The notes beneath the pieces are model-generated. The model was given only the letters and a program-made list of their open reading frames with translations, was not told the DNA's origin and ran no database searches. A stretch of 58,559 nt of DNA, counting the filler, from Sphacelaria rigidula (Eukaryota), in assembly GCA_964200075.2 (NCBI GenBank). It is 6 parts of 6 records of this genome, joined end to end, with 100 filler letters (N's around TTAATTAATTAA, not from the genome) between each part and the next. Parts side by side here need not be neighbours in the genome. Positions count along the whole stretch, not along the records: positions 9,779 to 19,456 come from CAXNAA020007980.1; positions 19,557 to 29,233 come from CAXNAA020007981.1; 4 more parts are not named here. One strand, given 5' to 3'. Shown one piece after another: positions 12,984-25,669 of the stretch. Both the position numbers and the translations under genes were made by a program. Each line of letters opens with the position of its first letter. The stretch's first letter is position 1.

Positions 12984-14498
12984 GTGAGAACATTTGCAAG
13001 TTTTACGTGCGTCTTGCCCCCTTTGATGCGTGGCCGTTGCTGCTGATGTAGCGCTGCAGATGTTACTTGTAGTCGACAGAAAAATGCGGCCCGATTACCC
13101 CTGATGGGATTGACGCCGTAGAAGCACCTGTTACAATGGTGGGGCTGTCGTTCCTGCTGCGTTTTCCCACGTATGGCTAAATCGCCTATCGTCGTAATTG
13201 CTTCACTCGCCCCACCTTCCTTGCCTCTGATTCATTCTCGGCTTCTCGCACGGTTTATTGATATTTCGCTACTGCTATTCGCATAGATTCCCCCCCCCCC
13301 CCACCCGCCCAATTAACCCCATGAGGAATACACCAGGAACAAAAATTAGATATGTTAACAAAAAAAAAAAAAATACCACANNNNNNNNNNCCCCCCTTCC
13401 CTGCCTCTGATTCATTCTCGGCTTCTCCCCCGGTTTATTGATATTTCGCTACTGCTATTCGCATAGATTCCCCCCCCCCCCCCCACGCGCCCAATTAGCC
13501 CCGTGAGGAATGCTCTAGGAACAAGACTTCGGTATGTTCACAGTAACACTGGCAGTTCCGCATCTGGACAAATCGACCGCGAGACCTCTCGGAACAATAG
13601 TTTCTGCGGACAGTCCCCCGATGTGCTGCCCGTTGTTGTGATGTTCCCCCGCGATCGTAGTGCGTTACTGTAGGGTGTGATTGGTCTCTGTGCTATGTCT
13701 TGCCTGGTGCAGTCAGTAGTCTTGGCCACCGACAGGTGCTAAGTTGCGACGACTCTCTGTGCAGGAGCGACTACGCTCTTCGTCTTGCAGTGCGTGCTTA
13801 ACCTTTTTGGGACCGAACTCCCAGGAACATGGTGTTTGCACGCAGGAAGGGGGGGCAGGGGGGGTTGTCACTCGGTATCGTCAGTCGGTTCGAAGTAAAA
13901 GTGACGCCGATTCACTAAAGGCGCTTGCGTGGAAACACCATGTTTCTGGGAGTACGGTCCCAAGAGGGTTAGTTGAAGGCCCTGTTGATGACCGGAAAAT
14001 TATGAACTATGAATTGACCGCAAGGCTTGAAAGTCATCATTTGTCAGTGTTGTGTGTGCTGTGGTCCCATCTGTTCTGCGCACCAGTCTATTGTACACCT
14101 TTTGGCAGATGTGGGCGCATCAGCCGGGGTGGCACAGGAGGAAGGTCAGCACAGGAGTGTTTTATTTTGTCTCAGTTGTAGTAGTGGAACATAATTTTTC
14201 TTTCAAGTGGTACAAAATCACTCCGCTTGACCTGGACGGTTCTCTGTCAGTCAGTGAACCGGGCTCTAGACCTTGCAAGCGCAAACGCAAGAATTCCGAA
14301 CTCTTGAGCAAAAACAGCAGTCAGTTGTTAGTCGTGTCGGTCTGTCATGTTTGAGCTGGGGGCTTGCGTTCGACGCGTTGGCGCAGGCGTTGCAGCAGGA
14401 GCGCAAAATCCTCCCACCAAGATCAACTGTTTGGTTGTTGCTGACTTGTCGCCCTTTTGTTTTGTTTTGCTCGTCTTCGATGGCTTATTTTGTGGCAG

Positions 14499-14564
14499 GT
14501 TTCCTTTCCGTCGACCTTGGACATGTACGAGTTCTGCACACCGGCACTTCAGGCAATCCTTAAG
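14499..14564 (+). CDS. USP14: USP14/UBP6 internal exon C
   Basis: cag|VSFPSTLDMYEFCTPALQAILK|gt resembles USP14 VKFPLMLDMYELCTPELQ. Not in the ORF track. Confidence 0.93.
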
Positions 14565-15386
14565 GTCAGGCAATCCTTGAGGTCATGAACCAGTAAATAC
14601 AGGGCATCGTCTACCTGTACACGTACATGTGTGTATGTATATTGTGATGATATTTATTGGATACATGCGATGAGGAGGTCGTTCCGCCACCGGTTCTTGA
14701 CCTCGCATCTTTGCCAGTTTTCAGCGTGTTCTCAGTGTTGTCCATTTGTTTCCCGTGGTGTGTTTCCCTCCCCCGTGTTGTTCCTCTTTTTTAGAGTTCG
14801 TTTTTGGCGAGTTTTGTTGTCTTTATTTTCCTTCGGATACCCTTTTTTATGTGACCACGATTGGATCAATTTATGTGCAACAATCAACACGTCAACACAT
14901 GGTGGTACACATGTGCAGGAAGCACGTGCTCGCATACACCGAAACTCCTGGGCAATCTCCGCCCGTTCGCTATTGCCAGCGCCCAGCGTTTTTTTTTTTT
15001 TCGAGTACAGCAATCGATGCCGGCACCCAAACTGTCCATGCCACTCGTACTTGATGCGTTTTTTTCTGTGATAGTGATGAGATCGGTGTCGAAAAGCTTT
15101 ACCATGATGATGAGCATGAGAACGTTTCATGCTACCGTAAAGACCGGCGTCTCCGTTGAGTATGAGCTTTACGCCGTCCGACTTGCTCTGATACCGTGCT
15201 GACCGCAAACATTCCCCCCACGTACTAAAGCTCCATCATCATGACACACACACGTGCACACATTCGCACATACGCACATACGTCAAGTTGGTTTGTGTTG
15301 CCTTGATTTCTTGTCGCAGACGATTACACTCGTGGATAAACATAGTTGTTCCTCTCATGCTGTCTCTCGTTGTATTACTTCTTCAG

Positions 15387-15634
15387 GTTCCCCGGGAAAA
15401 AGCGGACAAACTGATATTCGAAGAAGAATCTCGGCTCAGAGCCGAGAAGGACGCCAAGCTAGCGTCTGAAAAGGCTGAGAAGGAGAAGGCTAAGAAGGGC
15501 AAAGTTTTCGCCCACTTGTCGGGGTCTTTATCCACAGCAGCGCCGGCGATGCCTCCCGTACCTCCGGCAACAGGCGCAGTGAAGGAAGGGACCTCTTCCG
15601 CTGCCGCCCCTGGAGGGGAAGGGGAAGACAAGAG
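15387..15634 (+). CDS. USP14: USP14/UBP6 internal exon D (charged, low-complexity insertion)
   Basis: cttcag|VPREKADKLIFEEESRLRAEKDAKLASEKAEKEKAKKGK...GEGEDK-AG|gtattt. In phase with exon C and ends in phase 2. Confidence 0.82.
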
Positions 15635-15817
15635 GTATTTATTTATTTGTGTGTGGTGGGGCGGGGTGGGGGGGGAACGCCTATATTTTTTTGACGACCT
15701 GCTTCTTGTGTGTGTAGTCTTTGCTGCGCTGTACTGCTGTGCACCCAGGACTTACGTGGTGCGAAAGTGGTGACGTGTCTTATTGTCCCCCATGATCTTC
15801 ACGATGAACGAATGCAG

Positions 15818-15954
15818 TAAATCTGCGGCGTCGGGAGGTGAAGCGATGGAGGTCGATAGCACCGCAGCCGCTGGCGCTGGTGAGGCTGCGGGGGACGTGG
15901 ATGCAGCGGAGCTGGAGGCTGCGTTGGCGATGTCGATGGAGGTGGAGGATGCAG
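15818..15954 (+). CDS. USP14: USP14/UBP6 internal exon E with UIM-like motif
   Basis: gcag|T-KSAASGGEAMEVD...DVDAAELEAALAMSMEVEDA-G|gtgcgc. The phase-2 join completes Ser (AG+T) with exon D. Confidence 0.82.
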
Positions 15955-16010
15955 GTGCGCACTTGTGCTCGTGTCGCACGGGCAGTGCGAAAGAAGTCGC
16001 TTGTGTGTTG

Positions 16011-16330
16011 GAGGGAGGGGGTGTACTCATGATCTTGCATGCCGTAGTCAGAAGAGCATTGACCTCGCATCCCTACAAAAGCCGGGAGGGAGCACGCCGG
16101 GTTTGTCGACGGACCAGGCATGCGATCACTCGCAAAAGCGCGAAGCACCATGACGTGTTCGATGCGTCGCATGAAGGGTGAGCTGCATCCTCCCAAGATT
16201 CTTTGGCCCGAAGCGTACCGATTATCTTGCATATGGATGGTAGCCTACCATGAGTTGCTTCATTTTTTGGTACAACAACTTCCATCCCGCGCAATATGGT
16301 CCCACTGCCATTCATGGTTGCCTAGCTTAC
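16011..16330 (-). mobile_element. Subfamily-A poly(C)-tailed repeat in a USP14 intron
   Basis: gagggagggggtGTACTCatgatcttgcatgcc...ttgcctagcttacg. Confidence 0.85.
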
Positions 16331-19300
16331 GTTTTACAGCTGTTGTTAGCTGGATCAGTGACACCTATCTGAGCAGAAACTGCATGTTACTGCAGCTGTT
16401 TTGAGGAAGGTACTGGTAGCACTAAACGTGCTGGAGGCTTGAGAGTTGGAGATGTCATGTGTCGATGCGCCAGTAACACACGCGTAATTTTTGGGTAGTT
16501 CGGCGATTTTCAATGTTTTTTTCTCGTGCCACTGGTCATCCTAGCGAGCGGTTGATCCCAACGTTCGGTAGTCGGGAGATGCTGGGCATCATCTCCACAT
16601 TCTGAAACAAGAATCGTCTCTGGGGTCAATATTGAATGACTTTCGAGCTAAATTGACAAAGCGTTTTATTGACCGTTTTTGGTCCGGAACACGTTTCTTT
16701 TCGGCTCTAGCGCAATGAGTAGGTAAAAATGAAAGATAAGGCCCCATAAAATCTGCCAGTGGCGCTTGAAAGCCCTAGCGTCAGTGACTATTGGGGAGAG
16801 AAACAGGTGGTGCTTGGATCACAATCCTCTGTTGGCGTTGTCGGGGTGATACGGAGTAAATAACCTTGTTCATCAGGGGGTGTCATCGACCGTCACGGTT
16901 CCAAAAGGCACAGTTCTTCGGCTCTAGCGCAATATATAATTCAAACTTCAAAAGAAGCTACCCTTTTGTTCACAGAAACTATTGAAGTTGCTTCAATCAA
17001 GGAAAAATACTCAGAGTTGAGAACCTAGGGCTGGGTAGTCTCAGGAACCCGGAAAACCGGTCATCCCGTAAGTCGTTCAATAATTAGCGCAGGTGTGATC
17101 TTATTTCGGAATGTGGAGGGGATGCCTAATATCTCCCGATAGTCAAACTTTGGGATGAAACGTTCACCGGGATGGGCGGGTGGCACGCGAAAAGACTTTC
17201 GAATGTCCCCGACGACGGAAAAACCACGAAAATATCGTATTTCAGATGAAAACTTCTGTTGATGGAAGTTTTCAACATCAACTCCCACTCCACATTGACT
17301 GCGGCACATACACAGAGGGGGGGCACTGCATCAGTGTGATACTCGCACTTGCACGCCTCCGTCCTTGGGCCATCCTCACAGTGTGGAATGCGGCCGAAAA
17401 CAGCTGACCCCTCTTCCGGGCCACTTTTTCAGTGCCGCGTCATCATGACGTGTCCCACCGTGATGAACCGTTTTTTTTCACGCCGACCGCGTCCAGACAG
17501 GTGTTCGTATCGGGCACTTTCGGGTCGAGTACGGCGACAGCAGCATGTTTTGAGATATCAGCCTAGATTTCTCGCTTCTGTATGGTCAAGGCAGTTGCGT
17601 AGGTGTCTCTTCCAAGAGTTTTATTCTCAGACGACTGGGTGTGTTCGCAGGCGACGTGTTAATTGTGGAGTCAGTTGACCACGGTGTGCTTCGTACCTCC
17701 AAGTTTGTCGGCACCCGCCGTAGCTATAGCTGTGCAAGGCTACGGGCTGCAACAAGTTACTCGTGCTCGCTCCCAAGATGTCGGTGTTCGTGGGTGCTTT
17801 TGTTGGATAAAATGTTGGCCAAGCCTTCTTCAGACAGTACGGGAATACGACCGTGCAGAGGCAGACTTTACGCGAGCTCTTCGTCACATTTGGATAGATG
17901 GTTGAAGCGTGTATCGTTTCAAATTTCAGCTCATGGAACGGACTTGAGACAATTTGACCTCCATCTCTACATAGCGTGGACAGTCTCCCAGCGCTTGCTC
18001 TCTACCGTGCGTCACGAGTTTTCCCATTTCTTCGCTTCCCGCCGCAGCGATTTCCCACTTTCAGAGTCGTCTATTTCCGTGGCCGGCCCACCGCCGCCGC
18101 CATCGCCACTCAAACTCCCTCGTGGTTGGCTCACCGCCGCCACGGATCCCAAAAAAGTGTGTGTGTTAAACACTCCTCTCGCATGTGCAATGAGCAGAGG
18201 GAGGGAGGGAATGTACCGTAAAGTGAGCGTGGGTTCTTCGCTTGAGAAATGGAACCATGCATCGCAGGTTCAGTTTGAGAACCACATTGGAGGAATTTCC
18301 GGCATTAGGAATTGCTTGCATCTGATGTTGAGTCGGATTGCCCGGGTATCTGATTTACCACACGTAAGTGACCCTATAACATACGTGCAGGTATACAAGC
18401 ACTCAGCTTCGGACTCTGACCCCCTTCGTCCCCATTGCCAGGAGGTACTGGGAAAATGCATTGTTTGGAATATCTCGGCAGAGGATGGTCTATTTCCGAG
18501 CTTGTCGCAGTGTCTTACTGTACATCGGTGTGTGGGGCACGGTTGATTGTGTGGTGGGTGGAATGCGCCCAACAAGGACATACATATCAAAAGAAACAGT
18601 ACATGAATCTCGATGGGGTGATGCTATGGCGGGTGTCATTCGACCGACCGGAAACTGAATAAGTAGGGATGATGGGCAAAAGCAGATGGAGTCTCTTCCA
18701 TCAACACACATACGTACAACAGCATCAGAAGCGCCCAAAACCGAATGAATTCCGCCCCGCGCGTCATCGCCGATAAGGTTATGTAAAGGTGTGTACTGTG
18801 GCAACCTCAGTACCTGTCTCGCGAATAAGCCGGGGCAAGAGCTGTGTGTCGTGTTGGTGGCTCTGCGTGGTCACGCAGTACACTGTACTCACGTACAGTA
18901 CATATGCAGACCGTGGCGAACGCTTGAGACTGTCGGCCGAAAACTCTGAAAACGACGAGAATGTGATCGTTCAGACTGAAACCGCAAGTGTCTTACAACG
19001 ATGAATTTCGTCGACTATTTCGCGTAAAAGTTACCGCGAAATACGCATGTTCCCTTTCCGAGGTCTCCCTGCAGGGGTTGTCAGTGTTTATTTGTTCATT
19101 GGCAGTCCTCTAACTGACGGTATGAAGAGTCTCGGCAACGCAACTCGGAATTCTCCATCGTGAAAAGAGGGGATCCACCGACCGGCGTTCAGAGGGGTGT
19201 CCCTGTTGTGCATATTGGCTCGTCTTTGTCGCGCGAGTCGTGGAGACACATTTTCCCATCAAGTCGAGGGTTTACCCCCAACCTGTCGAGCCGAGGTTCC

Positions 19301-19456
19301 TTGATCGAAATTACTTGGGGTCATTGTCGGCCATCACATTTGGATTTATTGGGAGCTGACAGTTCGTTGTATCCCCCCCCCCCCACTCGTGTCACTACGT
19401 GAGCTAGGCAACAGGTTACCGCTTTGTTTTTGCGCGCTTGCGTTTTTTTTTGCGGT

Positions 19457-19556
19457 NNNNNNNNNNNNNNNNNNNNNNNNNNNNNNNNNNNNNNNNNNNN
19501 TTAATTAATTAANNNNNNNNNNNNNNNNNNNNNNNNNNNNNNNNNNNNNNNNNNNN
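19457..19556. other. Artificial scaffold-joining spacer
   Basis: N44-TTAATTAATTAA-N44. Confidence 0.98.
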
Positions 19557-20135
19557 TCTAATTGTGGTCGATTTTTGCTTTGATGCGGGACCCCTTGAGG
19601 CACGGGGAAGAGGGTAGATGTGGTTGCTGAAGTCATGCGAGCGCTCTTGTGATGGAAGCTCGTGTATCATACACACGGGTGTTTCAGTACTGACGAGGGT
19701 GCACGAGCTGCAGGGTAGTAGCGAAGGCACACGGAAGCAGTGAAGCGCCTAAGATTGCGCCCTCATAGCACGGTCCCGAAGGAGGGGGGGGGGTGCACTC
19801 CAACCTCCCACGCGCCTCGTCTGTGCGGCGTGGGAGAGTCTTGAGATGCACAAACATATACGAGCGTGTGATGTTGACGTGGGTGCCTTGTGTTCATGAA
19901 GGTGTCTTCTCGTTTACCACGGGTTGAAACACAGTCGATAATGCTTGCTGTAATCCCCTGTCTTGATCTAGATTTGTTGTTGCCGATCATTCAGGAGTCA
20001 TGAATTTGTTCGACACGTCAGCGTACCGCAATGACTCTTGAGATGTTTTCCCATGTTATATGGCCACCACGGGCCTGCAGCTGATTCATGCCCCTACCTC
20101 CCCCCCCTGCTTCTGTTTGTTTACCTAAATACCAG

Positions 20136-20291
20136 GTGTACAGGCTATCTGAGGCCGACATCGGGTGCAGCCTTGCCGAGGCGGCGGAGAGGAAGGGCTA
20201 CGAAGCGTGGCTCAGGAAGGCAGCCGCGACGCCCAACTCCGTACACGTGGTGTACATCAACACCTCCCTCGTTACCAAGGCTCTATCTCAC
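20136..20291 (+). CDS. nadA: Plant-type quinolinate synthase (QS/NadA), internal exon
   Basis: cag|VYRLSEADIGCSLAEAAERKGYEAWLRKAAATPNSVHVVYINTSLVTKALSH|gt carries the GCSLA (Fe-S Cys) and HVVYINTS motifs of plant QS. Confidence 0.92.
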
Positions 20292-20538
20292 GTGGGTGTA
20301 AAGGGGCACTTGTGCCTCGCGCCCGCCGTTCCGTAGAGTTGTGCCGTAGAATTCGTTTGTTGTCATTATCCATTGTTGTCATTTTCCGTTGTTGTTGTTG
20401 TTGAACTACTGAAAGCATGTGCTTCCTCTGTGACGTAAGTAAAGTATTTTACGTGAACACGGGTTCCTTAGCTTAACCGTGTCCGATTCCTCAGGCGATG
20501 ATCTTGTTGAAATGTCCCGGCGTCAGTTTAAATAATGC

Positions 20539-20569
<31 letters not shown>

Positions 20570-22429
20570 CGTGCATCCCCCCCGCATGTACCAGCGACCG
20601 AAAAAAATCAGTTGACCCGAAAATGGCGGTATTGCGCCCTCCTGTTCCGGGGGGGGGAAACGTGAAATAAAAGAAGAAAGTTAGTGTTCCTCGTTGTTAC
20701 TAGAACTTGATGCTGAATCGTCCCAGGTGTTAATGAAGGCAACACGACCAATTCTCACTGCCCATACCATTGTTCCTGCCCTCTGCGGCGCCGATACCTG
20801 AAAATTCCCGGATATTCCCGGAGAATTCCCGAAATTCGACCCACTCTTTCCCAATGTCTCTTTTTTTTTTTTCCAAATGGGCGCCCCCATGATTTTTTTT
20901 TGTTTTTAACCACCCCCACAATACCGTCGTGAGCACCTCCGCTGGGAAAATATGAGCTGTCCCCCGTAAATCCCTTCACTTACGTCACAGAAAAAGTATG
21001 TTTTTATCTCGTAGGGTAGTAATGGTTACTGATATGTGTGTCGAGTTCTACTCCGCGGTGTGGACGTCCAGATTTCCTTAGTTGTTTTTCACCCCTAAAC
21101 CCCAGGCAGTATGCAGACTGTTGGTACCGACAATATATAGATCCTTGATGCCGACAATATGCACATGTTTTGGACAGTATGCAGACCTTCTGTATACTTG
21201 CGCTCCAATTTCATATGAAAATATGAGTGTAATCGTCCCCCCTCCCCTCCCCGTAAGGAGTATGAACGGTGCTCCGCGTCGAAGGGGTGCGTTGTTAATG
21301 GTGAAATGACTAAGTCAAGCAACAAGTGAGTGCCCCGCCCCTTCTCCTCCCCCCGAAAACTGGGATCTACCTTTTCAGGACAAACAAATCGCCAAAAAAG
21401 AAGGGAGTGACGTCGTTGGTTCGTCTTGCGGATAGCTTTGCAAAGCCGACCGAGCATTGACATGGTACTTTCCCTCTGAAATGGCGTAAGTTTCTCAAAA
21501 AAAAAAACACGCGGGAGGAAATGTACCACGTATTAGGCAAAAAAATGGCCGTTACGTGAGGAGTAGAAACGCCTCAACCGCACCGACGCCAGACGCTTAT
21601 TGAACTTACCCCGTGTTTGCCACGGGACAAGGTCAAATCCACGCCCCGAATCTTCAAGCCGGCTTCGTCACATCACTATTATAGTCGCCCAAAATTCTTT
21701 TTTTTATTCTTTTTTGTTTCTATGCATCTGTGCACCTCTCTCTCTCTCTCTCTCTCTCCCCCTCTCCCTCCCTTTGCGTGTGTTCGAGAGCATACATGCG
21801 GCATGTTCGGAAGATGAAAAAGAGACGTTTGCTCAAAATTTACACACATCGGGCAGCTCAAGAAAGTATAACTCATTTTCGCATAACTCAGCTGCTGAAT
21901 CATACTGGATGATCCATTGGCACCCATTTTCACTGGCGGAGCTATTTATACGGTAAAGCTCAGCGATACCATTCTCCACTGGCTGGGTTATATGGTGAAA
22001 CTCGGCGGTACCTTTTGTTTTCACTGGATGGGTATACCACAACACTGAGGGAAATCAGCAGGCGTCCGTCGTCTTGAGATTTCCAGAGTTGTGTTCAGCA
22101 GGGTATATCCACAAGTGGAGGATTTTCTATCGGCATACCAAATCATACCGAAATATGTAACAAACGCGCCGGCATGGTTGGGAAGGATATCGCGCCGTGT
22201 TCTGAATAATCCGGTATGATTCAGGAGGGTATGTACCGATAGAATACCTGTTCTTTACTTGTTGAAAACCCTAGCTTCAGTCGGTATACCCTACGGAACA
22301 CAACGCTGGAAATCTAGGACTGTCGTGGCGGGGGTCCCTGCCTATCTCGTTCTTGTTGCGTTGATCTGTCCCAAATACAAGCATGTATCCCACCAGGCAT
22401 GGCAGTGAAGGGGTATCCAGTATGTTCTC

Positions 22430-22930
22430 GATAAGGAGTAGAAACGGTGCTCCGCCTCGAAAGGGTTGCATGATTAATGGTCAAAATGACGAAGGCGAGC
22501 AACAAAATGAGTACCCCCCCCCCCCAACGACCAAGGCAAGCAACAAATGAGTACGCCCCCCCCGCGGTGTCGCTCCGTCTCAAAAGAGATGCGTGATCAA
22601 TGGTCAAACGGCTACGGCAAGCAATGAATGAGTCCGCCCCCCCCCCCCCTTTCCTTTCGTGCTCCGTCTCGAAAGAGATGCATGGTCAATGGTCAGACGA
22701 CTAAGGCAAGCAACACATGAGAACACCCCCCCCCCCCCTCGGTGTCCCCCCGGATCGCCCCTCATCCGACTCGCCGAACACATCAAGGCGCTTCGCGCTA
22801 GGCAATTACGAACCTGGTTTGGCGAGAATCCGGCATGCTCCGTCCCGGCTTCGCAGAGATGCGAGTCAACGATCTTATCATGATTACGGCATGCAAGATC
22901 ATGACTACCCCCTTCCCCCCCGCCCCCCTG
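22430..22930 (+). mobile_element. Head-to-tail stack of poly(C)-tailed repeats (four or more subfamily-B pieces and one subfamily-A piece) in a QS intron
   Basis: Successive truncated units, each ending GAGTAC/GAGTCC/GAGAAC/GACTAC plus a C-run. Confidence 0.85.
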
Positions 22931-23011
22931 CCCTGCCCTGCCGCGCCTCGCCTCGCCTCGCCGCCGCCCACGCCTGCCGTCTGCTCCACGTACCCTCTTG
23001 ATCGGCCTCAG

Positions 23012-23080
23012 TCTGTGGTTCCGACGATCACGTGCACGTCTTCGAACGTTCTCTTCACCGTGCTGCAGGCATATGCACAG
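23012..23080 (+). CDS. nadA: Plant-type quinolinate synthase, next exon
   Basis: cag|SVVPTITCTSSNVLFTVLQAYAQ|gtgag carries the CTSSN NadA motif and resembles plant QS VPTITCTSSNVVQTILQAFAQ. In phase with the previous exon. Confidence 0.93.
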
Positions 23081-24510
23081 GTGAGCAGTTTGGCCTTTTC
23101 TCTTCCAGTAAAAGGGATGTGTCTTTTTCCTCTCTCGCTTTTTTGTTTATCGTTTTTGTCGTGACTATTTCAACCTTTCCTGTTCCTCCGGTCGAGTCCG
23201 TGCTCTCACGGGATCAACCCATCTCTTCCCCTGCTTTGTAGGGGTGCGAGGTCAATGGTCTGATGACTATGGCATGCATGATCATGAGTACACCCTCCCC
23301 CNNNNNNNNNNGGGGGGCCAGGGCCATGGGTTTAAGGCTATGGCACGCATGGTCCTTAGTAAACCCCCCCCCCCCCCCTGTACGTACATGGGTCAAATAT
23401 AAGAGGATGGAAGTTGAGAGGCTGTGGAAGTGCGGGTCTGATCCTCGACTGTAAAAGAAGGGGAAGGTGCATCGGAATACACGCATATATATACATCGGG
23501 ATAAAGATAAGGATATTTATGTTTATGAAAAGGTTGCCTTGGCACTGTGGCCCCGCCCCTGGAAGGGGGAAGGGGGGGAGGGGGTGTTGTCGGAAAAAAA
23601 ACTCGAGCTTTTTCCCGACAACTTTGAGATTTTTGGGACGAGTGAAAAAATCGGAATCCCGCCGAAAGGTAAACTGGGCGCACGAAAGATGGGAAAAATT
23701 GCTAAAACCGTCTTGGAAAGCATAGCGAATCTTTCAGAGGAGGCCCAATCCCCGATGGCCCCTATTGCGCCGAAAATCCGCGATGAAAGGCTCAAAAAGA
23801 GCACACTTCCCAGAGAGTCCGTTTTTTGGCTATACCCCCGTTGTTGTTTGATAGGTCCTTGGTTTGGATATTTCGGGGGGTTATGTGGGTGTGTTCCCAC
23901 CATTGCATCAGCCTTCTCATTTAGACACGCAGTCAAGCTATGGAAGGTTGGCGGTCAACCCTGCATAAAAATCACGCCTCCCCTGATGGGGAGGGGCGCA
24001 TCACATCACTGCACTAGCGAACTGCGTCTCCTACCATGAAACACATGAACCGTCAGCGAAAATAAATAAGTACAACAACATTTTGTTTTTCCTCAAGGGA
24101 TTTTTGATACAACGTAGTGGTGACATATCGTGGGGAGTATTATCACTTGACGCGGTGGTTTCACAGGGAGGAACACTTGTGACGAAGTCGCAGTGAATGA
24201 TCGAAGAGGAAGCGGCGCAGGCCATCTCGAAGTGGGTGATAATCATGTTCGTTGAGTCTGTGTTGGTGTACAGAAGTCCGCCTGGAGAGCTTCGTTTATC
24301 ATGTCTCTTCGTTTGATGTGAGATGGTGTCATTCTTCATAAGTGTCGCACAACGTTGCTTTTTGGTTCTTCCTCTACCCCCCCCCCACCCCCCCACCCCA
24401 CCACTCCCACCTCCCTCACACTCCACCCCGCACGACACNNNNNNNNNNTTTTTTTTTTTTGGGTGGGGGTTTTTTTTCTTAACGGGTCCACCCCTTTTCT
24501 TTTTTGTTTT

Positions 24511-24547
<37 letters not shown>

Positions 24548-24760
24548 CTGGTCTAAAGAAAACCCGGCGTGCTCCGTCTCGAGTTTGTAGATATGTGAGG
24601 TCAGTGGTCCTACGACTACGGCATGCAAGATCATGAGTACACCCCACCCCCCTCCCTCCTTGGCACGACGAAAACCCGGCGTGCTCTGTCCTGGCTTTTT
24701 GAGTATGCAAGGTCGATGGTCCTATGACCGCGGCTTGCAAGATTATGAGTACACACCCTC
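24548..24760 (+). mobile_element. Two tandem truncated subfamily-A copies after a long C-run
   Basis: gaaaacccggcgtgctc...gagtacacccc occurs twice. Confidence 0.8.
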
Positions 24761-24982
24761 CTTGTACGAATGACGTTGTTCAATTACTTTGATGGGGCAG
24801 GACAGATTTGTGACGAATCGTTGTTGGGTTTCAACTGACAGGGCTACACCACCTTCTGAGTCTCTGCAGAGGTGAACCGTTGCTGTGACCATGACGTTGG
24901 TTTTGCCATCCCGTCGTCAGCACTATCTTGTCATGTTCCACGTACTTACTCTTCTGTAATACCTCAGTGAGTGAGAAGAAAT

Positions 24983-24990
24983 TGTTGTCG

Positions 24991-25040
<50 letters not shown>

Positions 25041-25250
25041 ATCTTCACATTTAAACGGTCCCGATATCTGCGCAGTACTCTGTACTGGGCATCTGATGCG
25101 GACGCCTTCCGTGATCACGGGCTAACTACCCAAAAGAGGGGATCATTGAAAAAAATTATTAAATCGGACCCGGAAAAAATCACACAGACGCGATACAAAG
25201 CAAAATAAAACAATGAAAATGAGAAAGAAAAAAATGATGAGACGATAAAA
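24983..25250 (-). mobile_element. RTE LINE 3'-end fragment with (CAA)n tail
   Basis: Reverse complement of the same 3' end. (TTG)n at 24983-25040. Confidence 0.85.
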
Positions 25251-25443
25251 GGAAACTACAACCCACCGCTCATGCTTTCACTGTCTGAAACCACAGGACC
25301 AGAGTGTAGCCGGTAGGGTATCTGCGAGTATTTGCTGTTGTCTATCCGCTTTTACTGCAAATCTGTTCCGCGTGTATATACGTGTTGGTATTTTCACTCC
25401 ACCTTTTTTCAGGCGTGAGTAAACTCCCCCCCCTCCCCCCTTA

Positions 25444-25525
25444 TGCTCCGTCTCGAAAGGGATGCGTGGTCAATGGTCAAACGACTAAGGCAAGCAACAA
25501 ATGAGTACGCTCCCCCCCTCCCCCC
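25444..25525 (+). mobile_element. Subfamily-B poly(C)-tailed repeat with C-rich TSD
   Basis: tgctccgtctcgaaagggatgcgtggtcaatggtcaaacgactaaggcaagcaacaaatgagtac, flanked on both sides by near-identical ctC(7-8)tC6tt tracts. Confidence 0.85.
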
Positions 25526-25669
25526 TTTTTCTTGATCGCCTTACGGAGGCAGTCGTGGCGATTTTCGTCTCTCCAGGGCTACGGCACTGCGCATGCATCG
25601 CGTTTTTAAATCCACCAAGTTGTATGGATGAATTGATGTGCACACATATTTTGCGATGGTGGCATGATA

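Noticed and set aside
13211-13535. ~130-bp direct repeat
   Set aside because: It flanks a 10-N gap with low-quality read tails, so it is most likely an unmerged contig overlap.
17641-18546. 301-aa ORF (likewise 30832-31554, 3511-4209 and 52746-53360)
   Set aside because: Non-ATG starts, no recognisable domain and composition typical of shadow frames.
8084-23080. Functional cluster of SNF2, USP14 and QS
   Set aside because: The three genes lie on different, artificially concatenated scaffolds.
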